Below, piece after piece: positions 47,659 to 52,223 of a stretch of 52,223 bases of DNA. The position numbers and the translations under genes are program-made. Within the stretch, counting starts at the first letter, position 1. Each line of letters starts with the position of its first letter. The DNA comes from Spirochaetales bacterium (GTDB taxonomy: Bacteria; Spirochaetota; Spirochaetia; JABEVK01): the NCBI GenBank assembly GCA_037142615.1, contig JBAXAI010000026.1, positions 1-52,223 of the forward strand. The letters run 5' to 3'. Under the pieces are notes generated by a model. It saw nothing but the letters and a program-made list of their open reading frames with translations, did no database searches and had not been told where the DNA came from.

Positions 47659-49202
47659 TGAAAGCCCGCTTGGTCGCCCTGTTCCTGGCTCTCCTGCTTT
47701 TGCCGCTGGGCTTGGCCCTCTGGCTGGGAGTGCGGAGCGTGCAGGACGGCCAAGCGTCGGCGCAAACGCAGGTGAGGGCCGTGTGGACGGGGCCGTTGAA
47801 CGACCTCCGCTCGCGGGTCGAGGCGTTTGTTCAGGGCTGGGAAGAAGAGTTCCGCAAGTCGGCGCCCCAGACGTTGTTGGTCAAAACCGTGTTCCAGTTG
47901 CAGAATGGTGTGGTCACGCAGCCGTCGAAGTACCTTGCCGACGGTTCTCCCGAACCTTTTTTTGACCGGACGGCAGGCCTGTGGGACCAGAAGTTCTGGG
48001 AGCGCGGCGCGGCCGAGGGTTCGTTGGCCCCTACCGCGGGCTGGAAGGCCTGGACCAGCGCCGAGGGGCCCTCTTTTGTGTACTGGTACCGCGACGGCCA
48101 GACGGTGCGCGGGGTCGAGCTTGACTCCTGGGCCTTTTTGTCGCGCTTGAGCGCCGCGCTGCCCGAGCTGAGCTGGACGCAGGCCGAAGGTGCCGACCGC
48201 GTTTTGGTGCTCCGCGACGCTTCGGGCAAGGTGTTTTCGCAATGGGGTCGCTGGGCCATGGGCGATGCCCCCGCGCTGCTGACGCTGCCCCTCAAGGCCC
48301 CTTTCGACGGGTGGGAGTTCCGCCTGTATTTGGCCCCCAGCGCTCTCGGCGACTCCAGCGCGCAGTGGGCACTGCTGTTTGCCCTGGTCGGCGTCGGGCT
48401 GGCCGGGGTGCTGGCCCTGGGGGCCTGGGTGTTCTTTCGGGCCTGGGGAGCCAGCTTGGCCGAAGCCGGACAGCGCGTGCGCTTCGTCAACCAGGTGAGC
48501 CACGAACTCAAGACTCCGCTGACCAACATCTTGCTGTATGGAGAGTTACTCGAAACGTCCCTCGCCGATCGTCTACCACCCAAGGCCCGCGAGTACCTCG
48601 ACGTCATCCGGGGCGAAAGTGGCCGCTTGGGGCGCCTGATCACCAACGTACTGACCTTCGCCCGTGACAAACCCGATGCCCCCCACCGGCGCCCGCTGGT
48701 GTGGGACGACGTTGTCGAGGCTGCGCTCAAGCCTTTCGGGCCGGGGTTGGCCGACCGCGAACTCGCGCTCGACTGGCGGCCAGGAGCTGCAGGCGTGACC
48801 GGGGAGTGGGACCCCGACTGGGTGGGCCAGATTTTGGGCAACTTGGTGAGCAACGCCGAAAAGTACGCCGCCGAGGGCCGCCTCGTCGAGGTGTCGACAG
48901 GGACCGCTTCGGGCGAAGGGGCCTCGGTGGGCCGCGACACGGTGTGGCTCCGCGTGGCCGATCGCGGCCCAGGGATTCCCGAAAGTGCCGCCGAAAAGGT
49001 GTTTGTGCCGTTTGCCCGTCTCGATGACCGTCTGACGGCCAACGCCGCCGGAACCGGTTTGGGGCTGGGCATCGCGCGTGACTTGGCCCGTCGACACGGC
49101 GGCGACCTGGTGCTCGAGCGGCCCGGCAGGACCGAAGTGGGCGCAGCGTTTCTGCTCACGCTGCCCTGGAGCGCGCCCGGAACTTCCAGAGGTGCCACAT
49201 GA
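47658..49202 (+). CDS. Sensor histidine kinase
   Basis: Two TM segments; SHELKTPLT, NLVSNAEKY, DRGPGI and GTGLGL motifs. Confidence 0.93.
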   Translation: MKARLVALFLALLLLPLGLALWLGVRSVQDGQASAQTQVRAVWTGPLNDLRSRVEAFVQGWEEEFRKSAPQTLLVKTVFQLQNGVVTQPSKYLADGSPEPFFDRTAGLWDQKFWERGAAEGSLAPTAGWKAWTSAEGPSFVYWYRDGQTVRGVELDSWAFLSRLSAALPELSWTQAEGADRVLVLRDASGKVFSQWGRWAMGDAPALLTLPLKAPFDGWEFRLYLAPSALGDSSAQWALLFALVGVGLAGVLALGAWVFFRAWGASLAEAGQRVRFVNQVSHELKTPLTNILLYGELLETSLADRLPPKAREYLDVIRGESGRLGRLITNVLTFARDKPDAPHRRPLVWDDVVEAALKPFGPGLADRELALDWRPGAAGVTGEWDPDWVGQILGNLVSNAEKYAAEGRLVEVSTGTASGEGASVGRDTVWLRVADRGPGIPESAAEKVFVPFARLDDRLTANAAGTGLGLGIARDLARRHGGDLVLERPGRTEVGAAFLLTLPWSAPGTSRGAT

Positions 49203-49933
49203 ACCTGCTGGTGGCCGAAGACGATCCCCTGACCCGGCGCGCGTTGGCCGATATCCTGACCGCCGAAGGGTGGACGGTGGTCACCGCCGCCGACGGCAAC
49301 CGCGCCTGGGAGCTCTTTGAGGCTGGTTCCAGCCCAGCCGGCGGCTTCGACCTCGTGTGTCTCGACATCATGATGCCGGGCCGCTCGGGTTACGACCTAT
49401 GCCGCAAGGTGCGCGAAAAGGACGCTCAGGTGCCCATCCTGTTCATCAGCGCCAAGGCCGAGGAGGTCGACAAGGTGCTCGGGCTCGAGCTCGGGGCCGA
49501 CGACTTCATCGTCAAACCGTTCGGAGCGCGTGAAGTCGTGGCACGCATCCGGGCGGTGCTCCGGCGTTTTGAACGCAGCAACCACCAGGCGGGGACCGAC
49601 CGACCCGGGGCCAGCGAAACCCAGTGGGCGTTTGGCCCCTGGACCATCGATGCGAAGACCATGCGGGCTTCCCTGGACGCGGCAGCAGGGCGCCAAATCA
49701 TCGACCTGACCGCCCGCGAGGTGGGGCTGCTCGAGTTGCTAGCCCGCCACCGCGGGCAGGTTCTCTCCCGGGTGCGAATCCTTCAGTTGCTGTGGGGCTG
49801 GGAACAAGCGCCCCGCACCCGCACGCTCGACCAGCACATCGCCGTGCTGCGCAAAAAGCTGGGCGACCGCGACCAGACTCTGATTCAGACCGTGCAGGGG
49901 GTTGGGTACCGCTACGAGGCTGGCTCAGGCTAG
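49199..49933 (+). CDS. OmpR family response regulator
   Basis: EDD, LDIMMP, GADDFIVKPF and winged-helix LRKKL...QTV.GVGY motifs. Confidence 0.93.
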   Translation: MNLLVAEDDPLTRRALADILTAEGWTVVTAADGNRAWELFEAGSSPAGGFDLVCLDIMMPGRSGYDLCRKVREKDAQVPILFISAKAEEVDKVLGLELGADDFIVKPFGAREVVARIRAVLRRFERSNHQAGTDRPGASETQWAFGPWTIDAKTMRASLDAAAGRQIIDLTAREVGLLELLARHRGQVLSRVRILQLLWGWEQAPRTRTLDQHIAVLRKKLGDRDQTLIQTVQGVGYRYEAGSG

Positions 49934-50520
49934 TCCTTGGATTCGTGCTTCTCCAGATGCCGTTCGATGCGGCGGTCGGGGATGAACCAAAGGAGCGCCC
50001 CCAGCGCGATGATCACCTGAGTGACGAGGGGTGCGACGAACGAAAACCCGAAGGCGGCCAAGTAGCCCACCAGCGACACAGGCCCCTTCCAGTCGAGTCC
50101 CAGTGCGGCGGCCATCTCGGCGTTGGGTCCATGCTGCTTAGCAATCACTTGTGCCAGCACGTAATACGCGAAGCCCGACAGGAGCAGCACGAAGGAGTAG
50201 AGCGCCAGGGGAAGAGCCTCGAGCGGGTGCTCGCCCACCACGGCCGTGGCAAAGGGCACCATGGTTAGCCAGAACAGCAGGTGGTTGTTGGCCCACAGCG
50301 TGGCACCGTTCACTTTGCGCACGGTGTGCAGCATGTGGTGGTGGTTGTTCCAGTAAATGGCGATGTACAAGAAGCTCAGCGCGTACCCCAGAAAGTGGGG
50401 CAGCACACCCATCAGGCTCTCCAGAGAGATCTCTTCGGGTACCTTGAGCTCGAGCACCATGATGGTAAGAGCGATGGCGATAACACCGTCGGAAAAGGCT
50501 TCGAGGCGGTTCTTGGTCAT
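49930..50520 (-). CDS. TMEM175 family potassium channel
   Basis: RLEAFSDGVIAIALTIMVLE and YW.NHHH motifs; GGAG SD. Confidence 0.92.
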   Translation of the reverse strand: MTKNRLEAFSDGVIAIALTIMVLELKVPEEISLESLMGVLPHFLGYALSFLYIAIYWNNHHHMLHTVRKVNGATLWANNHLLFWLTMVPFATAVVGEHPLEALPLALYSFVLLLSGFAYYVLAQVIAKQHGPNAEMAAALGLDWKGPVSLVGYLAAFGFSFVAPLVTQVIIALGALLWFIPDRRIERHLEKHESKD

Positions 50521-50594
50521 GAAGACTCCTTTGTCTGGCGATGATACCGCTGCGGTACGGGTGCGGCAAGTTGGGCGCCAGCACTCTGAAAAGT

Positions 50595-50609
50595 ACACGA
50601 AGTTCGTGT
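50595..50609. promoter_or_regulatory. Palindromic operator upstream of TA module 3
   Basis: ACACGAA-G-TTCGTGT perfect dyad. Confidence 0.55.
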
Positions 50610-50632
50610 TACACTGACATTGTGGAGGCAAC

Positions 50633-50860
50633 ATGAAGAATGTCACCGTTTCGATGCCCGAGGACCTTGCGCGCTGGGCCCGGGTCTGGGCTGCCGAGCA
50701 AGACGTTAGCGTTTCAGCGCTCTTGGCGGGCCTGCTCCAGGCCAAGCGCGACGAGCAGTTCCGCTACGAGGCCAGTTACCAAGAGGTTCTGGCCGAGCGC
50801 CCTGCCAACTTGAGCGGGGGCAAGGCCTACCCCTCCCGGGACAGCCTGTATGAGCGATAG
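50633..50860 (+). CDS. Ribbon-helix-helix (CopG/DUF6364-like) antitoxin
   Basis: MKNVTVSM.EDLARWAR..AA....SVS; GGAGG SD; overlaps the PIN gene. Confidence 0.82.
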   Translation: MKNVTVSMPEDLARWARVWAAEQDVSVSALLAGLLQAKRDEQFRYEASYQEVLAERPANLSGGKAYPSRDSLYER

Positions 50861-51293
50861 AGTCTTCGTAGACACCAATATCCTTGTTTACTGCCGCGAT
50901 TTCGCCTTTCCAGACAAACAGGCTACCGCTTGGGAATGGGTCGAACGGCTCTGGCGCGAACGCTCGGGCCGCCTCAGTGTGCAGGTCTGTAACGAGTACC
51001 TTGTCACCGTCACCGCCAAACTTAAGCCCGGCCTCAGCCCTGAGAAGGCGTGGCGGGACGTGCAAAACTATACTGCATGGAACCCTGTGGCTCTCGATAT
51101 GGGCGTGTTGCGTCGCGCCCGCGAGACCCAAGTGCGGTACCAACTGAGCTGGTGGGACTCTCTGATTGTCGCAGCCGCCGACCAATCGGAGTGTCGCCTT
51201 CTCCTTTCGGAAGACCTGAACTCCGACCAGCACTACTGGGGAATCCGTGTGGTCAATCCGTTTTCGGGTACCGTTGCCGCAGTTCCCGAATGA
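50850..51293 (+). CDS. vapC: PIN domain toxin
   Basis: FVDTNILVY, SVQV.NE, SWWDSLIVAAA and LLSEDL motifs. Confidence 0.9.
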   Translation: MSDRVFVDTNILVYCRDFAFPDKQATAWEWVERLWRERSGRLSVQVCNEYLVTVTAKLKPGLSPEKAWRDVQNYTAWNPVALDMGVLRRARETQVRYQLSWWDSLIVAAADQSECRLLLSEDLNSDQHYWGIRVVNPFSGTVAAVPE

Positions 51294-51495
51294 GGCTCTC
51301 GAGCCCGTTGACTTTGATGGTCTCGAGCTCGCGGAACTGATCGCCCAGCTTACCCTGCGGATAGCCTTTTTGTTTGAACCAAAGCACATACGCTTCGGGC
51401 AACTCGCTCAGGTACTGGCCCGTGTACTTGCCAAAGGGCATGCGGGCATGAGCCAGTTCGAGCAGCGGGTTGGGAGCGTCGGTCAAGGCAACCAC
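51253..51495 (-). CDS. DUF3820 (YpeB-like) small protein
   Basis: MPFGKY.G..L..LPE.Y..WF..KG.P.GKLG motif; exact start uncertain. Confidence 0.8.
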   Translation of the reverse strand: MVALTDAPNPLLELAHARMPFGKYTGQYLSELPEAYVLWFKQKGYPQGKLGDQFRELETIKVNGLESLIRELRQRYPKTD

Positions 51496-52127
51496 GGCCC
51501 TGCGTGGCTGAGGTCGGGGATGAGCTGCGTGGCCCCCGCAGCCCGCAGGTCAGCCTCGCCAAACGTGGTGAGCAGGGCCAGGCACTCACACCCGGCCGCC
51601 AGCGCCGCCTTGACACCGTTGGTGGCATCTTCGATCACCAGGCAGTCTGCCGGAGCGATGCCCACCCGGCGAGCGGCTTCCAGGAAGATGTCGGGGAAGG
51701 GCTTTTTGCGCGCCACGTCGAGGCCGTTCACCGTGGCGTCGAAGTCGGCCTCGGACAGGCCGATAGCCGCGAGGGTCGACACCATTTTGGGCTTGTCGGC
51801 ACTGGTGGCGAGCGCGGTCTTGAGTCCTGCGGCGCGGCAGGCGCGCACAAAACTCACCGCTCCCGGCAACGCCTTCAGGCGGCCTTGGATGAGCTCGCCG
51901 TAGATTTCGTAGGTCTTGGCCTTGTCGCGGGGCAAGTCGGGGGTCACGCCGTATTGCGCCGCCACCCCGCCCAGGTAACGGTCCTCGCCTGCGCCAACAA
52001 ACGGCAGAAAATCGCTGAGCGCCACCGTCACGCCGTAGGTGCGGCGGAACATCTCTTTGGCGGCTTGGGCAATGAACTCCTCCGAGTCTGCCAGCACGCC
52101 GTCCATGTCGAACAAAACTGCTTTCAT
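51483..52127 (-). CDS. HAD-IA family phosphatase
   Basis: FDMDGVLADS, ATS, KKPFPD and IEDA.NG motifs. Confidence 0.92.
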   Translation of the reverse strand: MKAVLFDMDGVLADSEEFIAQAAKEMFRRTYGVTVALSDFLPFVGAGEDRYLGGVAAQYGVTPDLPRDKAKTYEIYGELIQGRLKALPGAVSFVRACRAAGLKTALATSADKPKMVSTLAAIGLSEADFDATVNGLDVARKKPFPDIFLEAARRVGIAPADCLVIEDATNGVKAALAAGCECLALLTTFGEADLRAAGATQLIPDLSHAGPWLP

Positions 52128-52206
52128 GGCGACAGTGTAGCATTCTTCCTGCCTCGCTACTCCGGTTCCTCCCCGTGCTATCATAAGCACCCCGAGGAGC
52201 CCCGCC

Positions 52207-52223
52207 ATGCCCACCCCGCCAAC
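52207..52223 (+). CDS. Possible start of a gene running out of the window
   Basis: AGGAG SD followed by ATG CCC ACC; too short to identify. Confidence 0.35.

Noticed and set aside
47831-49198. 455-aa minus-strand ORF over the histidine kinase
   Set aside because: Ser/Arg/Pro-rich shadow frame

Overview
High-GC bacterial chromosomal window, probably from a spirochaete (inferred from the uvrC/TPR/LamG/DUF5312-like neighbourhood and the HTH-less LacI-type sensor gene; not proven). The left two-thirds is mostly housekeeping: an rmlD 3' remnant, metK, earP-efp (Arg32-type EF-P), hrpB, mtgA, an MFS transporter, glnS, thyX and uvrC. It also holds an uncharacterised coupled five-gene operon (LamG/FN3, TPR, HDOD, MBL hydrolase, large protein with a degenerate GGDEF-like tail), an AlkZ-type glycosylase and a SRAP gene beside uvrC, and a LacI-regulated GH30/GH3/ABC glucan-utilisation locus. 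The right third has sthA, a Cys-less thioredoxin-fold protein, and an ilvY-ilvC pair split by an inserted sensor-domain gene. An accessory region follows, with a highly structured non-coding repeat, three PIN-type toxin-antitoxin pairs, internally collapsed pseudogenes, a vWA + two-component module, TMEM175, DUF3820 and a HAD hydrolase. No rRNA, tRNA, CRISPR array or transposase was seen. All family calls come from motif recognition by eye; no searches were run.
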